Shown here: in pieces, positions 38,586 to 48,741 of the stretch
How positions within the stretch are numbered: the first letter of the stretch is position 1
Layout: the number at the start of each line of letters is the position of its first letter
Origin: Burkholderiales bacterium
GTDB lineage: Bacteria; Pseudomonadota; Gammaproteobacteria; Burkholderiales; SG8-39
Length of the DNA: 64,000 nt
Direction of reading: 5' to 3'
NCBI GenBank assembly: GCA_035762345.1
Contig: DASTPE010000048.1
Location: forward strand, 41,948-105,947
The notes under the pieces: generated by a model
The model's database searches: none
Told to the model about the DNA's origin: nothing
Seen by the model: only the letters and a program-made list of their open reading frames with translations
Program-made: the position numbers and the translations under genes

Positions 38586-39556
38586 ATGTATTGCATCGTG
38601 ACCGGCGCGGCCGGTTTCATCGGCTCCAAGCTCGTCGAGGGGCTTAATCGGTGCGGCGTCACCGACGTCATTGCGGTGGACAACCTCGCGCGCGCGGACA
38701 AGTTCCGCAACCTCGCCGGCGCCGAGATCGCCGACTACCTCGACCAGGCCGAGTTCATCGCGCACCTTGAGCGCTTCGACGGCGCGGTCGCGGCGGTATT
38801 CCATCAGGGCGCGTGCTCCGACACGATGGAGACCGACGGGCGCTACATGCTCGACAACAACTACACCTATTCCCGGCGGCTGCTCGACTGGTGCCAGGAC
38901 GAGGAGGTGCCGTTTATCTACGCTTCTTCGGCCTCGGTGTACGGCGCGGGCCCGGAATTTCGAGAGGAGCGGAGCTGCGAGAAGCCGCTCAATGTCTACG
39001 GCTACTCGAAGTTTCTGTTCGATCAGTACGTGAGAAGGATGCTGGACACGAGGACGTCCCAGGTGGCCGGGTTGCGCTACTTCAACGTGTACGGGCCGAA
39101 CGAGCAGCACAAGGGGCGCATGGCCTCGGTCGCATACCACGCGTACCAGCAGCTTCTGAACGGCGGCAAGGTCAAGCTCTTCGTAGGCTCGGGCGGCTAC
39201 GCCGACGGCGAGCAGCGGCGCGACTTCGTCTACGTGGAGGACGTCGTCGACGTGAATCTGTGGTTGCTCGAGCGGCGCGAGGTCTCGGGCGTGTTCAACT
39301 GCGGCACGGGGCGCGCGCAGACCTTCAACGAGCTCGCGGCCGCGGTGATCAACGCGGTGCAGGGGACGCGGCTCTCGGTGAAGGAGATGGTGCAGAAGGC
39401 TCTGATCGAGTACATCCCCTTTCCGGCCGGGCTCGCCGACAAGTATCAAAGCTACACCGAAGCCGACCTCGCGCGCCTGCGCACGGCCGGCTACGCGGCC
39501 GATTTCCGGCCGGTCGAGCAGGGCGTGGCCGCGTACGTCGCCGAGCTGCAGAAGAG

Positions 39557-39560
<4 letters not shown>
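38586..39560 (+). CDS. hldD: ADP-L-glycero-D-manno-heptose 6-epimerase
   Basis: The N-terminus reads [21 protein letters not shown]. The SDR catalytic YGYSK motif is present, and length and tail are typical. Confidence 0.9.
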
Positions 39561-40440
<880 letters not shown>

Positions 40441-40444
<4 letters not shown>

Positions 40445-41217
40445 CTCCGCTTCTTGCCTTCGACATCGAGACCGTCCCGGACGTCGCGGGCATACGCCGC
40501 CTGTACGACCTGCCCGCCGATCTGTCGGACCACGATGTGGCCGAAATCGCGCTGCAGAAGCGCCGTGTGCAGAGCGGAGCCGATTTTCTGCCGCCGCATC
40601 TTCACCGCATCATCGCCATCGGCTGCGTGCTGCGCGAGGGCGACGCGGTGCAGGTGTTCTCGATCGGCGAGCCAGAGCGCGACGAGGCCGCGACGATCCA
40701 GAAGTTCTTCGACGGCATCGACAAGTACACGCCGCAGCTCGTGTCCTGGAACGGCTCGAGCTTCGATCTGCCGGTGCTCAATTACCGCACGCTGCTATGC
40801 GGCGGGTGCGCGACCAAGTTCTGGGACCAGGGCGCCGACGACCCGGACTTCAGGTACAACAACTACGTGAGCCGCTACCACGCACGGCATTGCGACCTGA
40901 TGGACGTGCTCGCCATGTACCAGCCGCGCAACAACGCGCCACTCGACCAGGTGGCGCAGCTCGCCGGGCTGCCGGGCAAGCTCGGCATCGGCGGACCGGC
41001 GGTGTGGGCCGCCTACGTCAAGGGCGAGATCAGGAAGATCCGCGACTACTGCGAGGGCGACTGCGTCAACACCTACCTTCTCTTCCTGCGGTTCCAGCGC
41101 CAACGAGGCATCCTGACGCAGGAACAACATGAAAAAGAGACGCAGCTCCTCCGCTCCTCGCTGCAAGCGACCGGCAAGCCTTATTGGCAGGAATTTCTTT
41201 CACTCTGGAAGAGCTGA
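40441..41217 (+). CDS. Predicted 3'-5' exonuclease related to the PolB exonuclease domain (COG3298-like)
   Basis: The sequence reads LLAFDIETVPD...SWNGSSFDLPVLNYR...DYCEGDCVNTYLLFLRF (ExoI/II/III-like acidic motifs). The start is uncertain. CTG at 40441 (GGGAG 8 nt upstream, CTGA overlap with the cysM stop) gives the family-typical N-terminus. The track's start at 40192 would overlap cysM by 250 nt. Confidence 0.65.
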
Positions 41218-42491
41218 TCCTCAGCGTCGAAGCGCTCGACGCCGAAGGCCGCGGCGTCGCGCGCAACCCGGAGGGCAAGGTGGTGTTCGTGGAAGGTGCG
41301 CTGCCCACTGAACGGGTCGTTGCCCGAAAGATCTCCGGAAAGCGCAAGTTCGACCTCGCCCGGGCTACGCAGGTCCTCGAACCCTCGCCGGGAAGGCGCG
41401 AGCCGCGCTGCCCGCACTTCGGCGTGTGCGGCGGCTGCGCTACGCAGCACGCCGACGAGCGCACGCAGATGGCGGCGAAGCAGCGCTGGCTGGAAGACAA
41501 CCTCGAGCGCATCGGAAAGGTCCGCGCGGAGACCCTGCTGCCGATCGTGTACGGGCCGGAATGGGGCTACCGCCGCCGCGCGCGGCTGTCCGCGCGGCAT
41601 GTGCCGAGCCGGGGCGGCGCCATGGTGGGGTTCCGCGAGCGGCGCTCGACCCATGTCGCCGACATGCGCGAATGCCATGTCCTGCCGCAGGAGCTGTCGC
41701 AGCTGATCCCGGGGCTAAGAAACCTGGTGGAAAAGCTCTCGGTGCGCGAGCGGATGCCGCAGATCGAGATCGCCGCGGGCGACAACGCCACGGTGCTCGT
41801 ATTCAGGCATCTGTTGCCGCTTTCCCCGCAGGATGAGCTTCTGCTGAAGAGCTTCGCCGAGCAGCACCGCATCCACGCCTGGCTGCAGCCGGGCGGGCCT
41901 GAGAGCGCGCATCCCTTCCACCCGGCGCGGAGCGAGCTCTATTACGAGCTGCCCGAGTTCGGCTTGCGCATCCACTTTCGGCCGACCGAGTTCACCCAGG
42001 TCAACTTCGCGATGAACCGGGTGCTGGTGTCGCGCGCGCTGTGGCTGCTCGACCCGCAGCCCGGCGAGCGCGTCGCGGATCTCTTCTGCGGGCTCGGCAA
42101 CTTCTCGCTTCCCCTCGCCGCGAAGGGTAGCCTGGTGGTGGGGTTCGAAGGCAATCCTGATTTGGTGAAAAGAGCGCAAGCGAATGCGGCAGCCAACGGG
42201 CTCCTCGCGCAGTTCGAGACGATGGACCTCTTCAAGCCCAGCCTCGCGGCTTTCGCTCCCTTCGACAAGGTGCTGCTCGATCCGCCGCGCGAGGGGGCGG
42301 TCGAGATCGTGAAGTCGTTGCCGGAGCATTGGCCGCGGCGCATCGTCTACGTGTCGTGCGACCCGGCCACGCTCGCGCGCGACGCCGGCATCCTCGTGCA
42401 CACGAAAGGCTTCCACTTCGCTGCCGCCGGCGTGGTCAACATGTTCCCGCATACCGCGCACGTCGAAAGCATTGCTTGGTTCGAGCGCTGA
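41184..42491 (+). CDS. rlmD: 23S rRNA (uracil-C5)-methyltransferase RlmD/RumA family
   Basis: A TRAM-like N-terminus is present. The Fe-S Cys cluster reads CPHFGVCGGCATQH...C. The SAM fold reads DLFCGLGNFSLPLA. The catalytic region reads VYVSCDPATLARD. Confidence 0.85.
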   Translation: MAGISFTLEELILSVEALDAEGRGVARNPEGKVVFVEGALPTERVVARKISGKRKFDLARATQVLEPSPGRREPRCPHFGVCGGCATQHADERTQMAAKQRWLEDNLERIGKVRAETLLPIVYGPEWGYRRRARLSARHVPSRGGAMVGFRERRSTHVADMRECHVLPQELSQLIPGLRNLVEKLSVRERMPQIEIAAGDNATVLVFRHLLPLSPQDELLLKSFAEQHRIHAWLQPGGPESAHPFHPARSELYYELPEFGLRIHFRPTEFTQVNFAMNRVLVSRALWLLDPQPGERVADLFCGLGNFSLPLAAKGSLVVGFEGNPDLVKRAQANAAANGLLAQFETMDLFKPSLAAFAPFDKVLLDPPREGAVEIVKSLPEHWPRRIVYVSCDPATLARDAGILVHTKGFHFAAAGVVNMFPHTAHVESIAWFER

Positions 42492-42611
42492 CCCGCCACA
42501 AGCTCTCGACCCAGTCGGCGCAGGCGTGCGGATACGAGAGCATCTTCCGGCAGCTGGCGGTGATGGCGGACGCGGCGAGGCTACGGCTCTTGGCGGAGCT
42601 ACAGAGAAAGC

Positions 42612-42633
42612 AAGGGCGCCCGTAGGCGCCCTT
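42612..42633 (-). terminator. GC-rich hairpin between convergent rlmD and yccA (probable yccA terminator)
   Basis: The hairpin is aagggcgcc-cgta-ggcgccctt. On the minus strand gctttctct follows. Confidence 0.55.
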
Positions 42634-42661
42634 GCGCTTCACTACTCGAGCTGCTGCGGCG

Positions 42662-43393
42662 TCAGTCCCTGTCGCCCGCGAGCGCGAGCAGCAGCTGCAG
42701 CAGGTTGGCGAAGATGTTGAACAGGCTCATGTACACGCCGGTCGTGGCCATCACGTAGTTGGTCTCGCCGCCGCGCATGATGCGCTGCAGATCGTAGACC
42801 AGGAACATCGAGAACACCACGATCACGAGCGTCGAGATCGTCAGCGCGAGCGCCGGGATCTGCAGGAACATGTTCGCGATCATGGCGATCAGCAATGCGA
42901 TCATGCCGACGAACAGGAACTTCCCCATGAAGCTGAGATCGCGCTTGATGCTCTGCGCGAGCGCGCCCATGGCGAAGAAGATCACGCCGGTTCCCACCGC
43001 GGCGTAGCCGACGAGGGCCATGCCGTTCTTCATGGACAGCGCCACGTTCAGGATCGGCCCGAGCCACCAGCCAAGCAGGCCGGTCATCAGGAGCAGCAGC
43101 GCTACGCCGACCCCGCTGTTGCGATTGGCAGCGATGCCGAACTGCAGCCCGATCACGACCGCCAGCATGACGAGCGAGCTGATGATCGGGCTCGCCATGA
43201 TGATGCTGCTCGTCGCCATGCCGATCCAGGCGCCGATCACCGTCGGCACCATCGTCAGGGCGAGCAGCATGTAGGTGTTGCGCAGGACCTTCTGGCTCTG
43301 CGCAGCGACCGAGATGTCCTGGGCAGGCTCGTATGCCGTGCCGCGGCCAAACCCTCTATCGCTGGTACGGATTGGCTTCAGTTCGGGTTGCAT
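42662..43393 (-). CDS. yccA: Bax-inhibitor-1/YccA family inner-membrane protein
   Basis: 243 aa with seven hydrophobic segments. The N-terminal motif LRNTYMLLALTM and a C-terminal ...LFNIFANLLQLLL are typical of BI-1/YccA. It is adjacent to tRNA-Ser(UGA), as with serT in E. coli. Confidence 0.9.
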   Translation of the reverse strand: MQPELKPIRTSDRGFGRGTAYEPAQDISVAAQSQKVLRNTYMLLALTMVPTVIGAWIGMATSSIIMASPIISSLVMLAVVIGLQFGIAANRNSGVGVALLLLMTGLLGWWLGPILNVALSMKNGMALVGYAAVGTGVIFFAMGALAQSIKRDLSFMGKFLFVGMIALLIAMIANMFLQIPALALTISTLVIVVFSMFLVYDLQRIMRGGETNYVMATTGVYMSLFNIFANLLQLLLALAGDRD

Positions 43394-43504
43394 CCTTATC
43401 CTCCTTTATGTAGCCGATAAGACTACCAAAGCGCGCCGAAGTTTCAAACGCTTATCCGTTCCACGCGAGGCTAAAATGCGGGCGTTACAGGGGTTTTTCA
43501 AGCC

Positions 43505-43592
43505 GGAGAGTTGGCAGAGCGGTCGAATGCGGCGGTCTTGAAAACCGTTAGCCCGCAAGGGCTCGGGGGTTCGAATCCCTCACTCTCCGCCA
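43505..43592 (+). tRNA. serT: tRNA-Ser (anticodon UGA), CCA encoded
   Basis: The acceptor stem is GGAGAGT/ACTCTCC. The anticodon loop is CTTGAAA. The long variable arm reads TAGCCCGCAAGGGCTC. The T-arm reads GGGGGTTCGAATCCCTC. Confidence 0.95.
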
Positions 43593-43950
43593 GCCGTCAA
43601 CTTGCGCGGGCCGGCACGAAGCTCGCGGGATCTGCCATCCCGGTGCCGCTGCCAGCGGAGTGCGTCCAGCGCCATTTGGTAAGGCGGGGATGCGGCTTGT
43701 ACACCTGCACCGCGTCCACGCTCAGACCGAACTCGAAAAACCCACCAGCCCCGCGTGGCACGTATTGACCTCGAGAATCGCCGACGTGAAGTTGTTCAGA
43801 AAGACGAGCAGGACTCCGGCAGCGCGCAGTCGCGCCAGTGCGGCCTTGACGCCGAGCCAGTGCCTGAGCTGAAGCCATCGCTTCGTTGAAGACGCGAACT
43901 GTTCCTTGCATGTCGCTGTCGTCTGGGAGGACCATGGCGGCGCCCAGTTT

Positions 43951-43962
43951 TCACTCTCCACC
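43951..43962 (+). repeat. 11/12-nt direct repeat of the tRNA-Ser(UGA) 3' end (possible att remnant)
   Basis: tcactctccacc here matches tcactctccgcc at 43580-43591, 371 bp upstream. Confidence 0.35.
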
Positions 43963-43995
43963 CCCTGTGGGTCTAGAATCTCGCGAGATTCAGGC

Positions 43996-44880
43996 ATGAA
44001 ACGAGTCGCCGTCTACAGCAGGTCCGGCCGGTTGCGAAAGGCGACGCCGCCAGTCACGCCTTCCTCGTCCGCGGTTGCAGTCGCGCCATGGCATAAGCGC
44101 CATGCGCGGCGCCTGAAGGTTGCGGCGGTTATCGCTTCAGTTCTCCTGGCCGCGACGGTTTCGTGGTGGCTCGCGCCGTCGAAAGGCCTGACGCAGGCCG
44201 ACGTGGCGGCGATGGTGCGGAAGATGCTCGACGAGCAGCAGCCTCCGCCGACGGCAGCTGACGCGTATGAAAGCATCCTGCCCTCGGTGGTCCACGTGCG
44301 CGGGCTGCCGGACGCGCCGGACGCCGACGTGCCTTCGGGCGGGGAGAACCAGAGCGGCACCGGCGTGGTGATCGTCGACACGGGAGTCATCCTCACCAAC
44401 CTACACGTCGTGCAGGGCGCGAAAGCGATCAAGATCACGTTCCACGACGGACTCGAATCCGACGCGTCCGTGATCGGCGTGCAGCCGGAACATGACCTCG
44501 CGGTGCTGCAAGCGAAGACAATTCCCGACGACCTGTACGCGGCCACGCTGCGCTCGACAGCGGGCCTGCGCCCGGGCGAGCCGGTGGTCGCGGTCGGCTT
44601 TCCGTTCGGCATCGGACCCTCGGTGTCGGCGGGCGTGATCTCGGGTCTTGGCCGCGAGTACCAGACCGCCGACGGCAAGCGCGTCCTGACCAACCTGATT
44701 CAGTTCGACGCCGCCGTGAACCCGGGTAATTCGGGCGGCCCGCTCGTCACGCCGGAAGGCGAGGTCATCGGCATTGTGACCGGCCTGCTCAATCCCACCG
44801 AGCACCGTGTGTTCATCGGCATCGGCTTCGCGGTACCGATCGAGAACGCGGCCGGCGCCGTAGGCTTGTCGCCTTTCTAG
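43996..44880 (+). CDS. Membrane-anchored trypsin-like (S1C/HtrA-type, no PDZ) serine protease
   Basis: I chose the start at MKRVAVY. One helix reads VAAVIASVLLAATVSWWL. The catalytic triad context is TNLHVV (His), EHDLAVL (Asp) and NPGNSGGPLV (Ser). Confidence 0.8.
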   Translation: MKRVAVYSRSGRLRKATPPVTPSSSAVAVAPWHKRHARRLKVAAVIASVLLAATVSWWLAPSKGLTQADVAAMVRKMLDEQQPPPTAADAYESILPSVVHVRGLPDAPDADVPSGGENQSGTGVVIVDTGVILTNLHVVQGAKAIKITFHDGLESDASVIGVQPEHDLAVLQAKTIPDDLYAATLRSTAGLRPGEPVVAVGFPFGIGPSVSAGVISGLGREYQTADGKRVLTNLIQFDAAVNPGNSGGPLVTPEGEVIGIVTGLLNPTEHRVFIGIGFAVPIENAAGAVGLSPF

Positions 44881-44889
44881 AGGATACGG

Positions 44890-45882
44890 ATGGAAAACGT
44901 CGCGACCTTGATGGAAAAAATCCTCTACGAGGTGAAGAAAGTCGTCGTGGGGCAGGACCATTTCCTCGAGCGCGTGCTGGTCGCGACGCTCGCGCAGGGG
45001 CACCTGCTCGTCGAGGGCGTACCCGGGCTCGCCAAGACGCTTACCGTCAAGACGCTCGCGCAGACGATCCGTGGAACCTTTCGCAGGATCCAGTTCACCC
45101 CCGACCTCGTGCCCGCCGACCTGGTTGGCACGCGTATCTACAACCAGAAGACCGGCGACTTTCACACCTCGCTCGGCCCGGTGTTCTGCAACCTGCTGCT
45201 GGCCGACGAGATCAACCGCGCGCCGGCGAAGGTGCAAAGCGCGCTGCTGGAAGTGATGCAGGAGCACCAGGTCACGATCGCGGGCCAGACCCACCGCGTG
45301 CCCGATCCCTTTCTCGTGATGGCCACGCAGAACCCGATCGAGACCGAAGGCACCTACCCGCTCCCGGAAGCGCAGGTCGACCGCTTCATGATGAAAGTGC
45401 TAGTGGACTACCCGACCGAAGAGGAGGAGTTCGTAATCGTCGAGCGGGTGACCGGCATGCTGCCCGATGCACACCCGGTCGCGACCACCGAGGAGCTCGG
45501 CGCGCTGCAGCGCGAGTGCCGCAAGGGCTATGTCGAGCCCTCGCTCATGCAGTACGCGGTGCGGCTCGCCGCCGCCACGCGCGAGCCCGAGCGCTTCGGC
45601 ATTAAGGGCCTGGACAAGTACATCACCTATGGCGCGAGCCCGCGCGCGCCGATCAACGTGATCGAGGGCGCGCGCGCTCTCGCGTTCCTGCGCGGGCGCG
45701 ACTACGCGCTGCCCGAGGACGTGACCGACCTCGTACCCGACGTGTTCCGCCATCGGCTCGTTCTTTCCTACGAGGCACTCGCCGAAGGGCTGTCGCCCGA
45801 CGAGCTGATCGGCCGCGTGATGCAGCACATCCGCCCGCCGGCCAAGCCGCTCGAAACGCATGTCAAGGTCGCAGGCGCGTAA
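44890..45882 (+). CDS. MoxR-family AAA+ ATPase
   Basis: The sequence reads VVGQDHFLERVLVATLAQGHLLVEGVPGLAKT (Walker A), LLADEINRAPAKVQSALLEVMQE (Walker B / sensor). Confidence 0.9.
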   Translation: MENVATLMEKILYEVKKVVVGQDHFLERVLVATLAQGHLLVEGVPGLAKTLTVKTLAQTIRGTFRRIQFTPDLVPADLVGTRIYNQKTGDFHTSLGPVFCNLLLADEINRAPAKVQSALLEVMQEHQVTIAGQTHRVPDPFLVMATQNPIETEGTYPLPEAQVDRFMMKVLVDYPTEEEEFVIVERVTGMLPDAHPVATTEELGALQRECRKGYVEPSLMQYAVRLAAATREPERFGIKGLDKYITYGASPRAPINVIEGARALAFLRGRDYALPEDVTDLVPDVFRHRLVLSYEALAEGLSPDELIGRVMQHIRPPAKPLETHVKVAGA

Positions 45883-46801
45883 CCCAGAAGCGGTGCTCCG
45901 CCGGCTGGAGTGGACGGTCATCCGTCGGCTCGACGGGCTGCTGCAGGGCGACTACCGCACGCTGTTCCGCGGCTTTGGCCTCGACCTCGCCGACCTGCGC
46001 GAATACCAGTACGGCGACGACGTGCGCCACATCGACTGGAACGTTACCGCACGGCTGCAGGCGCCTTACGTACGCGAATACCACGAGGACCGCGAAATCA
46101 CGGCGTGGTTCCTGCTGGATCTGTCTCCCTCGGTGGATTTCGGCTCAGGCGAGGTACGCAAGCGCACGGTCTCGGCCGACTTCGTCGCCGTGCTCGCGCG
46201 CGTCCTGACTCGCCACGGGAACAAGGTAGGCGCGCTTTTCTACGGCGAGGATGTGGATGCGGTGCTGCCGGCGCGTAGCGGGCGGCGGCACGTGCTGCAG
46301 CTCCTGCACAAGATGATCGTGCGCCCGGCGGCGAGACGAAACTCGCCGACAGATCTCTCGGAGCTGCTCGTCGCGGGCGCGCACATGATGCGGCGGCGCT
46401 CGCTCGTTTTTGTGGTATCCGACTTCTTCAGCGTCCCTGGATGGGAGCAGCCGCTCGGCCAGCTCGTGCAGCGACACGAGGTGGTGGCCGTGCGGCTGCA
46501 CGACCCGCTGGAGGCGAATCTGCCCGATCTCGGTATGCTCGTGGTGCAGGACGCAGAGACCGGCGAGCAGATCTTCGTCGACACCCACGACCGCGGGTTC
46601 CGCAAGCGCTTCACCGCAGCCGCCGAGCGTCGCGAGGCGCAGCTGCGCGCTGCGTTTCGCGCGGCCGGCGTCGACGCGCTCGAGCTCTCCACCGACGACG
46701 ATCTCGTCGACGCCATCCGGCGCTTTGCGGATATGCGCAAGCGCCGTAGCCGCCTTGCGGCCGGCGCGTCCATGCCGCAGCATCTGGAGCTCGTGCAATG
46801 A
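45860..46801 (+). CDS. DUF58 protein (MoxR-associated, VWA-like)
   Basis: The signature REYQYGDDVRHIDWNVTARL is present. The position directly after MoxR is canonical. Confidence 0.85.
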   Translation: MSRSQARNPEAVLRRLEWTVIRRLDGLLQGDYRTLFRGFGLDLADLREYQYGDDVRHIDWNVTARLQAPYVREYHEDREITAWFLLDLSPSVDFGSGEVRKRTVSADFVAVLARVLTRHGNKVGALFYGEDVDAVLPARSGRRHVLQLLHKMIVRPAARRNSPTDLSELLVAGAHMMRRRSLVFVVSDFFSVPGWEQPLGQLVQRHEVVAVRLHDPLEANLPDLGMLVVQDAETGEQIFVDTHDRGFRKRFTAAAERREAQLRAAFRAAGVDALELSTDDDLVDAIRRFADMRKRRSRLAAGASMPQHLELVQ

Positions 46802-47829
46802 CTTTCATCTGGCCCGAGCTGCTCTGGTTCCTGCTGGCCCTGCCGCTGCTCGCCGCCGCCTACTTCATGATCTTGCGCCGCAAGAAGAAGCTTGCGCTGC
46901 GCTACGCGAGCCTCGGGCTCGTGCGCGAGGCGATGGGAATCGGGCAACGCATCAGGCGGCACATTCCGCCGCTGCTCTTCCTCGCCGCGCTCGCCGCGAT
47001 GCTCGTGGCGATAGCACGCCCGCAGGCGACGATCACGCTGCCGACACAGCACGAGACCGTGATCCTCGCCATGGACATCTCCGGCAGCATGCGCGCGACC
47101 GACGTCGAGCCTAACCGCCTGGTCGCCGCACAGAACGCGGCCAAGCAGTTCGTCGCCGAGCAGCCCGAGAACGTGCGCATCGGGGTGGTCGCTTTCGCCG
47201 GCACCGCCACGGTAGCGCAGGCGCCCACCCGCAACCGCGAGGACGTGGTCGCCGCGATCGACCGCTTCCAGCTGCAGCGCGCCACCGCGATCGGCAGCGG
47301 CATCATCGTCTCGCTCGCCGCCATCTTCCCTGACGAGGGCATCGACGTCGGCGCGATCACTTATGGATATGAGAGCAACAGGAAGAGTGAGAAAACCGCT
47401 GCCGCCGCCCCTCGAAAGCCCGTGCCCCCAGGCTCGTACGCGTCCGCGGTGATCATCCTGCTCACCGACGGGCAGCGCACCACCGGCCCCGATTCCATCA
47501 TGGCGGCGAAGATGGCCGCCGAGCGTGGCGTGCGCGTCTACACCGTGGGGGTGGGCACACCCGAGGGCAAGATCATCGGCTTCGAGGGCTGGTCGATGCG
47601 CGTGCGGCTGGACGAGGAGACGCTCAAGGAGATCGCGAGGATTACCAATGCCGAGTACTTCTACGCCGGCAACGCGGTCGACCTCAACAAGGTCTACCAG
47701 GCGTTGAACGCCAAGCTGGTGCTCGAGCGCAAGAAGACCGAAATTACCGCGTTCTTCGCTGCCGTTGCTGCACTGCTCGCGGTAGTCTCGGCGGCGTTGT
47801 CGCTCGCCTGGTTTCACCGCATCGTCTAG
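46798..47829 (+). CDS. BatA-like membrane VWA-domain protein (intact MIDAS)
   Basis: Two N-terminal helices are present. The MIDAS DxSxS reads ILAMDISGSM. LLTDGQ and a C-terminal helix follow. The ATG overlaps the DUF58 stop. Confidence 0.85.
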   Translation: MTFIWPELLWFLLALPLLAAAYFMILRRKKKLALRYASLGLVREAMGIGQRIRRHIPPLLFLAALAAMLVAIARPQATITLPTQHETVILAMDISGSMRATDVEPNRLVAAQNAAKQFVAEQPENVRIGVVAFAGTATVAQAPTRNREDVVAAIDRFQLQRATAIGSGIIVSLAAIFPDEGIDVGAITYGYESNRKSEKTAAAAPRKPVPPGSYASAVIILLTDGQRTTGPDSIMAAKMAAERGVRVYTVGVGTPEGKIIGFEGWSMRVRLDEETLKEIARITNAEYFYAGNAVDLNKVYQALNAKLVLERKKTEITAFFAAVAALLAVVSAALSLAWFHRIV

Positions 47830-47871
47830 GGACCGGCTCGTTTGTTGCACGCCCCATGGTGCTCGCGCGCC

Positions 47872-48726
47872 ATGAGACAACGTCCACGTTCTATAGCAAC
47901 GCGTCCCGGCGGGAAATGCCTGTCCAGGCGCCCGCGAGGCCGCAGTGGCGCGATCTTTGCAACGGCTACCAGCGGCCAGCTGCCTGTTGGCGTGGTGGTG
48001 TTACTTGCGTTGCTGGCCGCTGCGCCGTACTTCACCGGCTCTCTGGCCGGCCAGGCGATTCGCATCGAGGCCGCGCAGGCGGCGGCGCGCGCGTTCGTCG
48101 CCGAGCAGCCGCGCCGCACGCACGTCGGCGTAGTGGCGTTCAGCGGAGCCGCTGCGCTGGTGCAGCCGCCGACCGCGAACCGCGACGACGTGCTGGCGGC
48201 GATCGATCAGCTCCAGCTGCAGAACGCCACCGCGATCGGCAGCGCGATTCTCGTGTCGCTCAAGGCGATCTTCCCTCAGGTCGATTTCGACGTGCGCAAG
48301 AAGCCGGACCTGAAGCCGGTCCCGCCCGGCTCGCACGCTTCGGCGGCCGTGATCCTGTTGAGCGATGGCCAGACCACCGCGGGTCCGGATCCGGTGGAGG
48401 CGGCGCGCCTCGCCGCCGAACGCGGAGTGCGTGTGTTCACCGTCGGCGTGGGCACCGACAACGGCCAGATCCTCGCCGGCGAGGGCTGGTCGATGCGAGT
48501 GCGGCTCGACGAGGAGTCGCTCAAGGCAATCGCCGATCTCACGCGCGCGGAATATTTTTACGCGGGCACCGCGACCGAGCTCAAGAAGGTGTACCAATTG
48601 CTGCGCTCGAAGCTCGTGCTGGAGAAGAAGCAGGTGGAGGTCACCGCGCTCTTCTCCGCGATTGGCGCTGCGACCGTCCTGCTGTCGGCGACGCTATCTC
48701 TGCTTTGGTTCAATCGCATACTGTAA
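47872..48726 (+). CDS. BatB-like VWA paralog lacking the MIDAS DxSxS segment
   Basis: It is collinear with the previous gene from RIEAAQAAARAFVAEQP... to the C-terminal helix (e.g. AERGVRVFTVGVGT, EGWSMRVRLDEE, AEYFYAG). The ~60 aa containing beta1/DxSxS are absent. The start is uncertain (ATG 47872 or track start 47842). Confidence 0.65.
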   Translation: MRQRPRSIATRPGGKCLSRRPRGRSGAIFATATSGQLPVGVVVLLALLAAAPYFTGSLAGQAIRIEAAQAAARAFVAEQPRRTHVGVVAFSGAAALVQPPTANRDDVLAAIDQLQLQNATAIGSAILVSLKAIFPQVDFDVRKKPDLKPVPPGSHASAAVILLSDGQTTAGPDPVEAARLAAERGVRVFTVGVGTDNGQILAGEGWSMRVRLDEESLKAIADLTRAEYFYAGTATELKKVYQLLRSKLVLEKKQVEVTALFSAIGAATVLLSATLSLLWFNRIL

Positions 48727-48741
48727 ACTCAGCGCCTTTTC

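Noticed and set aside
43681-43770. TGGCAC-containing strings here and at ~12450, 13370 and 14343, checked as sigma-54 promoters
   Set aside because: None has the required TTGC element 5 nt downstream of TGGCAC.
43597-43997. Two overlapping minus-strand ORFs (112 and 91 aa) next to tRNA-Ser(UGA), examined as possible integrase or transposase fragments
   Set aside because: A superficial LRH...AGV resemblance to tyrosine-recombinase box II has the wrong spacing and lacks the catalytic Tyr context. No family can be asserted, so I reported it only as an unassigned segment.
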